From NCBI GenBank assembly GCA_964435695.1, contig CAYTAQ010000003.1:1-62178 (forward strand): a DNA stretch of 62,178 nt. Direction: 5' to 3'. The position numbers and the translations under genes were made by a program. This DNA comes from an uncultured Desulfobacterales bacterium (lineage in GTDB: Bacteria; Desulfobacterota; Desulfobacteria; Desulfobacterales; B30-G6). Of the stretch, positions 8,224 to 18,531 are shown piece by piece. The notes under the pieces were generated by a model. It searched no databases and had not been told where the DNA came from. It saw only the letters and a program-made list of their open reading frames with translations. Every line of letters starts with the position of its first letter. Within the stretch, counting starts at the first letter, position 1.

Positions 8224-10694
8224 TTTTTATCTCCATATGCCTGAAGATCAATCATCACTTTGGTAAATTCACCTTCCCCGCTTTCAATCGAGAGCATCCC
8301 GCCATGATCTTTAATGATGCCGTGTGAGATACTCAGTCCCAAGCCGGTACCCTGACCTGATGGTTTGGTGGAAAAAAACGGGTTGCAAACCTTGGAAAGC
8401 ATTTCTTTTTCAATACCGATACCGTTATCGAAAAATACCATGCGAACACATTCAATATCCTTGATGGTCATTTTTCGAACGTCGATGCTGAATTTTTTCC
8501 CATCGGACAGGGCGAGTGATTTCTGATTCAAGGCGTATTGTGCATTGCTCATAATATTCAGAAAAACCTGTTGAATTTCCTGTGCGTTGACCATAACATC
8601 CGGCAGATCATCCGGGATATCAAAGGTCAGGGCAATACCTCCTTTCCTGAACTGGGGCTCGATCAGCGCCAGCGACTCCGAAAGAAGATCCTTCACGTTG
8701 GCGGAGAATCGCTCTCCTTTGGAAGTCCGGGCAATGGACAAGAGATTTTTTACGATGACGGCAATCCGTTCACCTTCATTGATGATGCGTTGAGGTAATT
8801 CAGCGCTTTCAGCCCGCGCTTCTCCCTGATCGATCATCAACTGGGCATAATTGATAATACCGGTAATCGGATTGTTGATTTCATGCGCAACGCCCGCCAC
8901 CAAGGTCCCCAGGGCTTCCATTTTTTGCGCTTGCAGGAGTTGCTCCTCGAGTCTCTTTTTTTCCGATATATCACGGATGATAAACAGTACGCCGGCGGGA
9001 TCCCCTTCATGATCATCAAAACGAGAAGCACTGATGCTGACATCTAAAAGGTCCCCGTTCTTGGTTCGCTGTTTCGTTTCAAAATTAATATAAGTTTTTT
9101 TTCGTCCGATCATATCCTTTATTTGGGAAAAGATATTTTTCTTTCCCTGCTTAAAATCGATATCGAAAACCATTGTTTCCGCTTCCGCCAAGGACCAGCC
9201 GAATATTCTTGTAAATGCAGGGTTTAGATATCGGATCTTCCCATCCGGGTCATATACGCCGATGGCATCGGGTGATGAAAAAAGCAGGGAGCTGTAAAGC
9301 TGTTCTGCTTTTTTGGTCGATTCATATAACTGTCTTAATTTTTCTTCCTTTTCCTGTATGCTCTTAAATGCATTTGCGTTGGCGACACCGATGGCGACCT
9401 GGGATGCAATGGCTTTCAGAATATTCAGGTCACTTTTGGTCAAGGCTTTTCTTGAAAAAAGATTATCCACGGCGATCAATCCGGATGTTTTTTTCTTGTA
9501 TACAACCGGAACACAAATAAATGATTTTGAGCCGATCCTTTCTGCAAAAATTTTACTGTGATCTGAGATGGAAGACGTTATCTCATGGACATCTTCCACC
9601 AGAAATGATTCCTGCTCTTTGAATGCCTTTACAAACAAACCGGTAGAATCCGGATTTTCCAGATTAAACGATGTCTCCCGTAATAGTCTTTTTTGTTCGG
9701 GAGTGTGGCCATAACTGGCTGCGTAGCTGAGCATTCCTTTACCTTTATGGTCGTCTTTTACCAGCATAATCAGACCGCGGTCAAAATCGAGCCTTTTCTC
9801 CAGAACCTGCATAACCGCATCGATGTATTGATCCTGATCCAAAATAGTGGCTGCCGCATGACCGATCTCCTGCATTAACAGGGCGTTGCTGTACCGATCA
9901 TTGAGCGCATCTAAAAGCTCATTGGCTATGTTTCCCTGGGACTCCACTGCGTCAGAAAGTTCTTTTTGTTTATAGTGAAATGAAAAGCAGCAAAAAGCCT
10001 GCGTCGTAATGATCGATATCAGGAAGCTGATGAACCAGATGTTCAGCGGTACGATGAGGTGAAAGAGAAAAAAGATGAGCGCTGTAAGAAAAATCGAGAT
10101 ATTGCGTCTTCTTTCCCAAAGAGCGGATTTGGTTAGTATCCAGGAGACGATATAACAACAGCTGCTGTCCCCGAGATGAAAGCATTGTGGGTGCTCCACC
10201 TTGGCAAAGTCTTTCGTAAAGAGCTTGGCAAGCGATTCGAACGTTCCAATCCGGTTTTTACATTGAAACAGCTCTTCTTTCACGCCCGGTTTCGGTGTGA
10301 CAATCACTTTCACCTTGTTGGCACTGAGCCGTTTTGTTGTGACCGAAGCACCTCTGCTCATGGTGTTATAAAGTTTGCCCGACATCATGTAGACCGATGC
10401 AGGGCTCATCAAGCCAAGTGTATACTGTTTGAGGGCGCCGATCTTTTTCGTTAAAACGGTAAACCGTCCGGCCTCCTGTGCCAGATCAGGATTATGTGTC
10501 TTTTCAAATAATATCTCCTGGAACCGGTTAACCTGTTCCTGGCTGAACCAGTGAGCGAAATCCTCCACCTCGTAAGATTTCATGCCGGCATATTCCAAAA
10601 TCATATCGATAGAGATGTCAGGATAATATTCGGCCAAATATTCCAGGTACGTGTTGATGATACGGCTGTTGTAAAGCAGTATGTCGTCCTTCAT
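8220..10694 (-). CDS. Sensor histidine kinase: N-terminal V4R/H-NOX-like domain, TM hairpin, GAF, PAS, HisKA, HATPase
   Basis: AHEINNP H box, NAQYA N box, GTGLGLS; EHPQCFHLGDSSCCY V4R-like motif; overlaps the start of the regulator gene. Confidence 0.9.
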   Translation of the reverse strand: MKDDILLYNSRIINTYLEYLAEYYPDISIDMILEYAGMKSYEVEDFAHWFSQEQVNRFQEILFEKTHNPDLAQEAGRFTVLTKKIGALKQYTLGLMSPASVYMMSGKLYNTMSRGASVTTKRLSANKVKVIVTPKPGVKEELFQCKNRIGTFESLAKLFTKDFAKVEHPQCFHLGDSSCCYIVSWILTKSALWERRRNISIFLTALIFFLFHLIVPLNIWFISFLISIITTQAFCCFSFHYKQKELSDAVESQGNIANELLDALNDRYSNALLMQEIGHAAATILDQDQYIDAVMQVLEKRLDFDRGLIMLVKDDHKGKGMLSYAASYGHTPEQKRLLRETSFNLENPDSTGLFVKAFKEQESFLVEDVHEITSSISDHSKIFAERIGSKSFICVPVVYKKKTSGLIAVDNLFSRKALTKSDLNILKAIASQVAIGVANANAFKSIQEKEEKLRQLYESTKKAEQLYSSLLFSSPDAIGVYDPDGKIRYLNPAFTRIFGWSLAEAETMVFDIDFKQGKKNIFSQIKDMIGRKKTYINFETKQRTKNGDLLDVSISASRFDDHEGDPAGVLFIIRDISEKKRLEEQLLQAQKMEALGTLVAGVAHEINNPITGIINYAQLMIDQGEARAESAELPQRIINEGERIAVIVKNLLSIARTSKGERFSANVKDLLSESLALIEPQFRKGGIALTFDIPDDLPDVMVNAQEIQQVFLNIMSNAQYALNQKSLALSDGKKFSIDVRKMTIKDIECVRMVFFDNGIGIEKEMLSKVCNPFFSTKPSGQGTGLGLSISHGIIKDHGGMLSIESGEGEFTKVMIDLQAYGDKK

Positions 10695-11108
10695 GTTTCA
10701 GAAGCACCCCGGTTGAGCGTCACAACCAGCGAACGATAGGTCCGGTGGATTCGCCTTTACCCTTCCCCTGGAAGGGGAGTCTATTCAATTCAACATCCGA
10801 ATATCAAGTATTCAAATTTCCCAAACGTATCGGATAGCTTGATGGATAATATCTAAATAAACAACTGTCTGTCAACATAGCTCCCATAAAGAACATATTA
10901 ACAGCAATTCTTAATTGATATGTATTGCCTCCACTATTCAGGTATACTATATTCCATCTAACCACAGCCATCGTTATTATCATATAAACGTTCAGATCGG
11001 TGTTTGGGTTCCCTGTTTTTTCAAAAAGACATACAAAAAAACACGGCCGTGTGCACGCCGGATTAATGATGAAGATAGGCCGGAGGGTAATAAATAAGGG
11101 GAATTGAT

Positions 11109-12614
11109 ATGGCGTTTTCATTCGCTGAGTATCTCCTGCAAAAACGCAAGGACATTATAGAAGTGTGGGCCGGCCGTTTAAAAAACGAGGCAGGAGAACA
11201 ATATGCCCGCAGACCCCTGGAAGAGTTGTTGGGCACGGTTACCGAAGCTTTTGATGCCAATTATCATCTCATCATTCATAACAACTACCGCCAGATCAAC
11301 ATTTTTATAAATAAAATTACGAAAATGCGCCTGGAGGCAGGCTTTCTGCTGTCGGACGTACAAAAAGCCTTTGAATTTTTCAGAACCATTGTCGTTCCTA
11401 TGTTGTTTACGGAAGCCACTCTCGAAGAGATTGCAGATGCGGTCATTCGAATCAACCAATGCCTGTATTACACCATCCATCGCTTCAGCGACCATTTTCA
11501 ATCCATGCATGAAAAAGAAATTCTTGCCCACAACCGGCGATTGGAAGCGGAAGTCAAGGCGCGTACAGCTGATTTGAAATCTTCTGAATTGAAATACAAA
11601 ACCCTGGTGGAAGAAATAAACGACGGCTATTTTGTCGTTCAAAACGAGGTAATTGTTTTTGCCAACCAAGCTTTTTGCCAGATGCACGGCTACTGCCTGG
11701 AAGATGTCATCGGTAAAAAATTCTTTGCATTCGTGGCACCGGAGAGCCGCAGGCAGGTCATGGAAATCTACCACAAGGGCATTGAGAAAATGGGAAAATC
11801 CCGGTCCTTCGAATACCTGCGGATTACCAGCAGCCAAGAGACGTTTCCCACTGAAATTCTATCAAAGACCGCGCAATATGACTATAAACTTTCCAATATC
11901 GGTATCTGCCGGGACATTACCGAACGCGTTAAAATGGAGAACAAAATTCGGGAAAGCGAACGCATGGCTTATATAGGCCAAATTACAACCTCCCTTTCGC
12001 ATGAAATTCGGAACCCACTCTCGGCCGTAATGATGAACCTGCAAATTCTAAAGAAAAATAAGCAAATTAAAGGCAATGACCAGCGCCGCATCGACATCTC
12101 GACACGCGAGGTGAATCGACTGGAAGGCATCCTGAAAGAACTGCTTGACTTCGCCAAACCGCTGACGCTAAAGCGTAACAAGGCACAGATAAACAGCATT
12201 CTGTCAACATCGATCGATCTCCTGGAAATGAAATTCCGGGAAGAAAACATAACGATTTGCACATATCTTGATCCGAATATTCCAGGGCTGATGATTGATC
12301 GTGAAAAACTGGAACAGGCCTTTATCAATATACTGCTCAATTCGCTGGAGGCCTCATCCGGCGGCACAACCATCGAAATCACCAGTACATTCGAATCAAA
12401 TAAGCACAAAGCGGTATCAGTCGTCATTGCTGACCAGGGCTCCGGTGTTCCTGAAAAGTATCTTCCCGATATTTTTAAGCCTTTTTTCACAACGAAAAGC
12501 AAGGGAACCGGATTGGGTTTGAGCAATGCCCATCGAATTTTAGAGGCCCACGGCGGAAGCATTGAAGTTGAGAATCGCCGCCCCAAAGGGACGTATTTCA
12601 AGATCATGTTATGA
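11109..12614 (+). CDS. Soluble sensor histidine kinase (RsbRD-N-like globin fold, PAS, HisKA, HATPase)
   Basis: SHEIRNPL, NSLEA, GTGLGLS; no TM segment. Confidence 0.9.
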   Translation: MAFSFAEYLLQKRKDIIEVWAGRLKNEAGEQYARRPLEELLGTVTEAFDANYHLIIHNNYRQINIFINKITKMRLEAGFLLSDVQKAFEFFRTIVVPMLFTEATLEEIADAVIRINQCLYYTIHRFSDHFQSMHEKEILAHNRRLEAEVKARTADLKSSELKYKTLVEEINDGYFVVQNEVIVFANQAFCQMHGYCLEDVIGKKFFAFVAPESRRQVMEIYHKGIEKMGKSRSFEYLRITSSQETFPTEILSKTAQYDYKLSNIGICRDITERVKMENKIRESERMAYIGQITTSLSHEIRNPLSAVMMNLQILKKNKQIKGNDQRRIDISTREVNRLEGILKELLDFAKPLTLKRNKAQINSILSTSIDLLEMKFREENITICTYLDPNIPGLMIDREKLEQAFINILLNSLEASSGGTTIEITSTFESNKHKAVSVVIADQGSGVPEKYLPDIFKPFFTTKSKGTGLGLSNAHRILEAHGGSIEVENRRPKGTYFKIML

Positions 12615-13969
12615 ACAAAATTCTCGTCATAGATGATGAGCACTCCATTCTTGAAACTCTGGAAATGTTTCTTGCTGAAAAGGGACATAGAGTTTACAGC
12701 GCCGATTCAGGCGGGAAAGGACTGGATTTGTATCATCAGCAGAGGCCCGATGTGGTTATTCTTGATATCCGCCTGCCGGATGCCGATGGGTTTGAATTGC
12801 TCCGGAATATCCAGGCTCAGGAGAATCCGGCTAAGGTCATTATGATTACGGCCTTCCAGGATATGGAAACCACGATCAAAGCTATGAAGCTGGGGGCTTA
12901 CGACTACATTCACAAACCCCTGGATGCCGACAAGGTCGAAAAGGCTCTCAACCGTGCATTGCATACGCTGAAAGTCGATCGAGAAACCCCGTTGTTGAAG
13001 GAGCTGACCCAGCCTCCGAATCCTGAAGTCATTATCGGCAAAAGCGATCAAATGCGAAAAATATTTAAAATGATCGGGCTGTTGTCTCAAAATCGCGCTC
13101 CGGTGCTTATCCAAGGTCAAACCGGTACGGGTAAAGAACTCACGGCCCGGGTGATTCACCGCAACAGCCTGTTTGGTAAAGAACCCTTCATAACGTTTGA
13201 TTGTTCCGCCATGGTTGAATCATTATTGGAAAGTGAACTGTTCGGTCATGAAAAAGGAGCCTTTACCGGCGCAACCCATACCAAGGAGGGTAAAATCCAA
13301 CTCGCCGGAAACGGAACGCTCTTTCTGGATGAAGTCGGAGAACTGCCGTTGGCCATGCAGGGCAAATTTCTTGGTTTCCTGCAGCGCCACGAGTATATGC
13401 GGGTCGGCGGCAATCAATCTCTGGCCTCCAGCTGCCGCATCATTGCAGCCACCAACCGAAACCTGGCAGCCATGGTTCAGAAAGGAACATTCCGGCGGGA
13501 TCTTTATTTCAGACTCAAAGTTGTGACCCTGTATGTTCCACCGCTGGTGGATCGTCTGTCCGATATCCCCGATCTTGTGAGTCATTTTCTTCAAAAAATC
13601 AACTGGGAACAGTGTACGGACATCTCAAGGCTTCAAAAAGGTGCATTGGACCGGCTGGCAGCACATACATGGCCCGGTAATGTACGCGAACTTGAAAACG
13701 TTTTAGTAGAAGCAGTGGTCCGCGCCAGGGGAAAAGTCATCCTTCTTGAAGAAATCGAAGATATTCTTTCTGCCGGCCACCCCATCGAAGATGAAAATCC
13801 CGTCTCATATTCTCTGCCTCACATGGAAAAGGAGCACATTCAACACACCCTGAACGTGCTTAACTGGAATCGTTCGGAAACTGCCCGGATGCTGGGCATA
13901 ACACTGCCTACCCTGCGAAGCAAAATAAGGAAATACGGGATTCTTCCGCCTGATGAAAGCAGCAACTAG
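12611..13969 (+). CDS. Sigma54-dependent response regulator (NtrC/AtoC family)
   Basis: REC, GQTGTGKE, GAFTGA, WPGNVREL, HTH; ATGA overlap with the kinase gene. Confidence 0.95.
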   Translation: MNKILVIDDEHSILETLEMFLAEKGHRVYSADSGGKGLDLYHQQRPDVVILDIRLPDADGFELLRNIQAQENPAKVIMITAFQDMETTIKAMKLGAYDYIHKPLDADKVEKALNRALHTLKVDRETPLLKELTQPPNPEVIIGKSDQMRKIFKMIGLLSQNRAPVLIQGQTGTGKELTARVIHRNSLFGKEPFITFDCSAMVESLLESELFGHEKGAFTGATHTKEGKIQLAGNGTLFLDEVGELPLAMQGKFLGFLQRHEYMRVGGNQSLASSCRIIAATNRNLAAMVQKGTFRRDLYFRLKVVTLYVPPLVDRLSDIPDLVSHFLQKINWEQCTDISRLQKGALDRLAAHTWPGNVRELENVLVEAVVRARGKVILLEEIEDILSAGHPIEDENPVSYSLPHMEKEHIQHTLNVLNWNRSETARMLGITLPTLRSKIRKYGILPPDESSN

Positions 13970-13983
13970 AGCACAGGCTTTAT

Positions 13984-14018
13984 GGAAAATTTTTTTCTAG
14001 CCCTGAAAATATTTTTCA
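13984..14018. promoter_or_regulatory. Paired enhancer sites
   Basis: GGAAAATTTTTTTCT (13984) and TGAAAATATTTTTCA (14004), 20 bp apart, 100-135 bp upstream of the -24. Confidence 0.6.
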
Positions 14019-14117
14019 TTTCCTGCGCGAATCTCTGCCAGACGTCCTGCGCGATCCCGTAATAATTTCTATTTCCGATCAATTGCTTAGGCATCATTTT
14101 TTTTCACGCTGATTACT

Positions 14118-14132
14118 TGGCATATCTTTTGC
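14118..14132 (+). promoter_or_regulatory. Sigma54 -24/-12 promoter
   Basis: TGGCAT-ATCTT-TTGC, near consensus. Confidence 0.85.
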
Positions 14133-14225
14133 TGCGTTAATTTTCTTAATTTGATTCACCGAATAAATGCGCTTTACCTTTTTATCAACATCAGACATCC
14201 CAATTACGCGTGTCCCATGAATTCC

Positions 14226-14402
14226 ATGACGGAAATCAAAACCCTGAGAGACAGGGAAAAGGAACTTCTTCAAAAGGTGCTGGCAAAAACCGAGTGGAAC
14301 CTGGAAAAAGCCTCGCATCTCCTGCAGATTCCCCTTTCAAAGGTCAGGCAAAAGGTCAGTGAACATGGGTTGAAACAAAACCCTGTTGACGGATGCGTTT
14401 AA
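14226..14402 (+). CDS. Stand-alone Fis-type (HTH_8) protein
   Basis: EKELLQKVLAKTEWNLEKASHLLQIPLSKVRQKVSEHGL; start at 14226 or 14217. Confidence 0.75.
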   Translation: MTEIKTLRDREKELLQKVLAKTEWNLEKASHLLQIPLSKVRQKVSEHGLKQNPVDGCV

Positions 14403-14443
14403 CTTAAAACCGATTGTGACAAAATCAAAGGAGGGACAACAAA

Positions 14444-15709
14444 ATGAAAAAGTCAAAGATGCTGCTGGTATTGCTCGGGGTTCTTTTATTGATTCTGCCC
14501 GGCACGCCTGCATTGGCCGAAAAACCGATTATCATCGGCTGTCCGCTTTCAACGGCTTTTCTTTATGGCTGGGATGCGGAAAGAGGCGTAAAACTGGCTG
14601 TTGAAGAAATCAATGCCGCGGGAGGGGTAAATGTTAAAGGCAAAATGCGCCCTTTTGAAGTGGAAGTGATCGACACCCGGGACCTGGAGCCCGGTGTCCC
14701 GGTGAGCGAAGCACTTCTGGCGGTTGAAAAACTGATCCTGGACAAAAAATCCGATTTTCTTATCGGCGGTCCGGTCCGGTCCGAAGCAGCCCTGGCAGCC
14801 ATGCCATTGCTGTCAAAATACAAAAAGGTATCCATTCTCACAACCGGCGTGCTGACACCCAAATACCATGCCATGGTGGCTGAGCAGTATGACAAGTTCA
14901 AGTACTGTTTCCGCATCCACGGTGAAGCCGGAAACCTGGTAGGCGAAATGTTCGCCAATTTTGCTGAACTGAAAGAAAAATACGGCTTCAACAATCTCTT
15001 TATCATTGCGCAGGATGTCTCCCACGCCCGCGGTGCAGGTGAAATCATGCAAAAAGTCGCCACCAAAAAAGGGTGGAATGTGACCGGCCTTGAAATCTAT
15101 CCCACCGGCGCCACCGATTTTTCCATGGGCCTTTTGAAAGCCAAAAAGACAAATACGGAAATTATCAACATCTGGATGGACATGCCGGAGAGTGCCATTC
15201 TCCTGAAGCAATGGTATGAAATGAAGATTCCCGCCCTGCCTTTCGGGTCCACCCTGGCAGCCGCGGAGCAGCCCGGTTTCTGGAAGGCCACCGATGGCAA
15301 AGGAGAGTATACCCTGTGCAACGTGGTCAACGCCGGCAATGCGCCTTCCAACGCAACGCCGTGGACCATGAAATTCTATAATGCATATGCCGCGAGATGG
15401 GGTGTTGAACCCGAAGGACTGGGGACTTCCAGCAGCTACATGGCCGTGTATGTGCTGAAAGACGCCATCGAGCGGGCCGCCACCCTGGATTCCGATAAAG
15501 TGGTGACCGAGCTGGAAAAAACCGACATCATGGGTGTTTACGGAAGACTTCGGTTTAACCCCAAGAATCACCAGGTCATCCCCTCCACCGATCCCAAAGA
15601 AGGTGCGGTGGGTAGTATCCTGCAGTGGCAGGCCGGTAAACGCGTGGTGGTTTATCCCAAGAGTATTGCCATGGGCACGATTCAGCTCCCGCCATGGATG
15701 GGGAAATAA
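14444..15709 (+). CDS. ABC substrate-binding protein, Liv/HAAT family
   Basis: Signal peptide, GVKLAVEEINAAGG, AIERAATLDSDKV; strong SD. Confidence 0.92.
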   Translation: MKKSKMLLVLLGVLLLILPGTPALAEKPIIIGCPLSTAFLYGWDAERGVKLAVEEINAAGGVNVKGKMRPFEVEVIDTRDLEPGVPVSEALLAVEKLILDKKSDFLIGGPVRSEAALAAMPLLSKYKKVSILTTGVLTPKYHAMVAEQYDKFKYCFRIHGEAGNLVGEMFANFAELKEKYGFNNLFIIAQDVSHARGAGEIMQKVATKKGWNVTGLEIYPTGATDFSMGLLKAKKTNTEIINIWMDMPESAILLKQWYEMKIPALPFGSTLAAAEQPGFWKATDGKGEYTLCNVVNAGNAPSNATPWTMKFYNAYAARWGVEPEGLGTSSSYMAVYVLKDAIERAATLDSDKVVTELEKTDIMGVYGRLRFNPKNHQVIPSTDPKEGAVGSILQWQAGKRVVVYPKSIAMGTIQLPPWMGK

Positions 15710-15710
15710 A

Positions 15711-15786
15711 AGAATACAGTAGTCAGAAAACAGGAGACAGAAGAAACAACCGTATTCTGAATTCTGTCTCCTGTATTCTGTATTCT
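15711..15786. repeat. Heptamer-based inverted repeat hairpin
   Basis: ACAGGAGACAGAA/TTCTGTCTCCTGT (13 bp perfect) inside AGAATACAG/CTGTATTCT. Confidence 0.75.
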
Positions 15787-15863
15787 TATCTGTCCTTTCA
15801 TCTCATAGCCAATGAACTCTGACAATCGATATGTTTTCAACATTGATTTAAACGGATCATAAC

Positions 15864-16730
15864 ATGGAAATTCTCATATACGGTACCATCAACAGCGCTG
15901 CGCTTGCCCTTTATGCACTAGGCTTTGCGCTGGTATACGGCACCAGCCGCCTGCCGAATTTCGCTCACGGCGCACTCTATGTGCTCAGCGGATTTATTGT
16001 ATGGAGTGCCCTGAATCTTTTCGGAATCAATTATCTTCTCAGCATTGTTTTGGCCCTGATCATCACGGCCATCATCGGAGCGGCGATCTATCAGTTTTTC
16101 CTGATTCGTGTCAGGGGCATGGAAATTTCCGAGATCATCGCTTCTTATGCCATTGCCCTGGCGATTCTCGAAGGCTTGAGATGGGGAGGCTTCAAGGGTA
16201 TGACCTATACCTTGCCCGCATTTATCGAAGGCAGCACAACTATTGCAGGCGTCTCGGTGGATTATCAGCGCCTGCTGGTCGTGATTATCGGCGCGGCACT
16301 GGTGGCAGGTTTATGGCTGTTTACCCGTTACACCCGCATTGGTCTTGCCCTGAAAGGCATGGCCCAGGATGAACGGGCGGCACTCATGCTGGGGATCGAC
16401 TCGGACCTGATGGCGGTGGTCGCCATGGGCATCGGGTCCATGCTGGCAGCCTTTGCTGCGATTCTGCTGCTGCCCCTGGGAAATATCGTGGTGGAATCCG
16501 GCTACAATGTATTGATTCTGGCCATCGCCGTTTGCATCGTCGGCGGCATTGGAAGCTGGATGGGCGCTGTGCTGGCGGCTTTTCTTATCGGGTTCGCCCA
16601 GATTCTGACCGTCGTATATCTGGGATCTCATTACCAGATGATGGTGGCGCTTCTCGCCATTATCCTGACACTGATCCTTAAACCGTCCGGCCTGTTCGGG
16701 CAGCAGAAAGAATTGGAGGAACGCGTTTGA
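15864..16730 (+). CDS. livH: LivH-type ABC permease
   Basis: NFAHGALY, TRIGLALKGMAQD, VGGIGSWMGA. Confidence 0.88.
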   Translation: MEILIYGTINSAALALYALGFALVYGTSRLPNFAHGALYVLSGFIVWSALNLFGINYLLSIVLALIITAIIGAAIYQFFLIRVRGMEISEIIASYAIALAILEGLRWGGFKGMTYTLPAFIEGSTTIAGVSVDYQRLLVVIIGAALVAGLWLFTRYTRIGLALKGMAQDERAALMLGIDSDLMAVVAMGIGSMLAAFAAILLLPLGNIVVESGYNVLILAIAVCIVGGIGSWMGAVLAAFLIGFAQILTVVYLGSHYQMMVALLAIILTLILKPSGLFGQQKELEERV

Positions 16731-17746
16731 AAGCAGGAACACAACAACGTCGTAAAGAGAGAATCGATCGGGGTATCAAAGTTCGCACCGATGGTCTCTA
16801 CGCATTGATGTCCTGGCGGGAGATGGCGTACCTGATCGCCCCCCGGTTTGTTCTGATTGCAGGAATGCTTGTGCTGCCTCTGGTAATGCCGGGGATGTAC
16901 TGGCAACGGGTCATTTCCATTGTCTGCATCTATGCCCTGCTGGCCATAAGCTTTGATTTTCTGGCCCATTACGTCGGGCTGGTTTCCCTGGGCGGTGCAT
17001 TTTTTGTGGGAATCGGCGGGTATCTAACGGCACTGCTCAATACCGGTCTGGGCATGAACCCCCTATTAGCCATTGTCTGCGCAACGCTGCTCGGCGGTAT
17101 GTTGTGCACCCTGCTGCTGTTGCCCTGCCTGCCCTTGCGGGGTGTTTACTTCGCCATCGTCACCCTGATGTACCCCTTGTTTTCGGCCCGTGTTATTGAA
17201 GCCTTGAATATCCTGGGCGGAACAGACGGCATTCTGGGCATCGACAGTTTCCCCAATGCCTGGTTGGAGCAGTACTGGGTCATCGTCGTTGTACTCCTCT
17301 CTCTTTTCGCTGTGCGCCGGCTCGTTAATATGGATCTAGGGCTCGTTTTACGGGCCGTAAAAGACAACGACCAGGCCGTTCGGGCCTCGGGTATGAACAT
17401 CACCCATTACAAAGCCCTGGCCGTGCTCATCGCCTCTTCCATCGGCTGCATGGCCGGCGCCTGCCTCATCCACATTTATATGTGGGCCGGCATCTCGACC
17501 TTTGCGCTCGATTTCTCGGTGCTCCCCATTGCAGCCACCGTCATCGGCGGCAGCGGCACTCTGGTGGGGCCGGTGCTCGGATGCCTCATACTGGTGCCGA
17601 TTTCCGAACTTCTGCGGGATTTCGGTACCCTGCGCATCGTTTTTTATTCCCTGATCCTGCTGGGTTTTATCGTTTTTCGCAGCGAAGGTCTGATGATTTA
17701 TGGACAGCGGAAATATCAGCAATTGGAAAGGTGGACCAACATATGA
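16727..17746 (+). CDS. livM: LivM-type ABC permease
   Basis: LRGVYFAIVTL, LRAVKDNDQAVRASG, IGGSGTLVGP. Confidence 0.88.
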   Translation: MKAGTQQRRKERIDRGIKVRTDGLYALMSWREMAYLIAPRFVLIAGMLVLPLVMPGMYWQRVISIVCIYALLAISFDFLAHYVGLVSLGGAFFVGIGGYLTALLNTGLGMNPLLAIVCATLLGGMLCTLLLLPCLPLRGVYFAIVTLMYPLFSARVIEALNILGGTDGILGIDSFPNAWLEQYWVIVVVLLSLFAVRRLVNMDLGLVLRAVKDNDQAVRASGMNITHYKALAVLIASSIGCMAGACLIHIYMWAGISTFALDFSVLPIAATVIGGSGTLVGPVLGCLILVPISELLRDFGTLRIVFYSLILLGFIVFRSEGLMIYGQRKYQQLERWTNI

Positions 17747-18531
17747 CGGGAGAGCCGATTCTTGAAGTAAAGGAAATCACCAAAACTTTCGGCGGTATCA
17801 TCGCACTCAACCGTGTCAGTTTTGACGTCAACCAAGGAGAAATCCTGGGCATCATCGGCCCCAACGGCTCCGGTAAAACGACCATCGTGAACTGCATTAC
17901 CGGGTTTGTTAAGGTTTCCTCGGGCACCATCCTGTTTCATGGTAAAAATATCACCGCTAAGCCACCCCATAAAATTGCTGATATCGGCATCACCCGGACA
18001 TTCCAGATCATGCGTCCCTATTACAGCCTGCCGGCCTATAAGAATCTGGTGATTCCCCTCTTCTCTCCACGGGCAAGACGCACAGGCGGCTGGCGGGGCG
18101 GCGGCAAGCTGGGTGACCGCAACACGGTTGGTATCGACATCCTAGAGGAGATCGGTTTTGAGCGTGACTCATACGTACCGTACAAAACGACCTCCACCCT
18201 GCCCACCGGTTATCTCAAGCGGCTGGAACTGGCCAGATGTCTGGCATTGAAGCCCGAATTGATCATATGCGACGAGGTGTTCTCGGGTCTGAGCATGAGT
18301 GAAATCGCCAGCATGGTACCATTGATCGAACGTCTTCAAATGGAAGGCATCACCCTGATTATGATCGAACACAGGCTGAGGGAGCTGTTTCAGGTGGCCA
18401 ACCGGATCATGGTGCTTAACTTCGGTGAAAAGCTGGTGGAAGGAACCGCCGAAGCGGTAATGGCGGACCCACGCGTCCGGGAGGCCTATTTTGGGTCGGA
18501 AGAAGTCGAGGAGGTGATGAGCCATGCTTGA
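17743..18531 (+). CDS. livG: LivG-type ABC ATPase
   Basis: GPNGSGKTT, RTFQI, IEH; true start ATG 17743 overlapping the livM stop. Confidence 0.88.
   Translation: MTGEPILEVKEITKTFGGIIALNRVSFDVNQGEILGIIGPNGSGKTTIVNCITGFVKVSSGTILFHGKNITAKPPHKIADIGITRTFQIMRPYYSLPAYKNLVIPLFSPRARRTGGWRGGGKLGDRNTVGIDILEEIGFERDSYVPYKTTSTLPTGYLKRLELARCLALKPELIICDEVFSGLSMSEIASMVPLIERLQMEGITLIMIEHRLRELFQVANRIMVLNFGEKLVEGTAEAVMADPRVREAYFGSEEVEEVMSHA

Noticed and set aside
10700-10830. c-di-GMP riboswitch upstream of the kinase gene
   Set aside because: Hairpins are present but the GGCAAA, GAAA tetraloop and GCAAAG arrangement is missing
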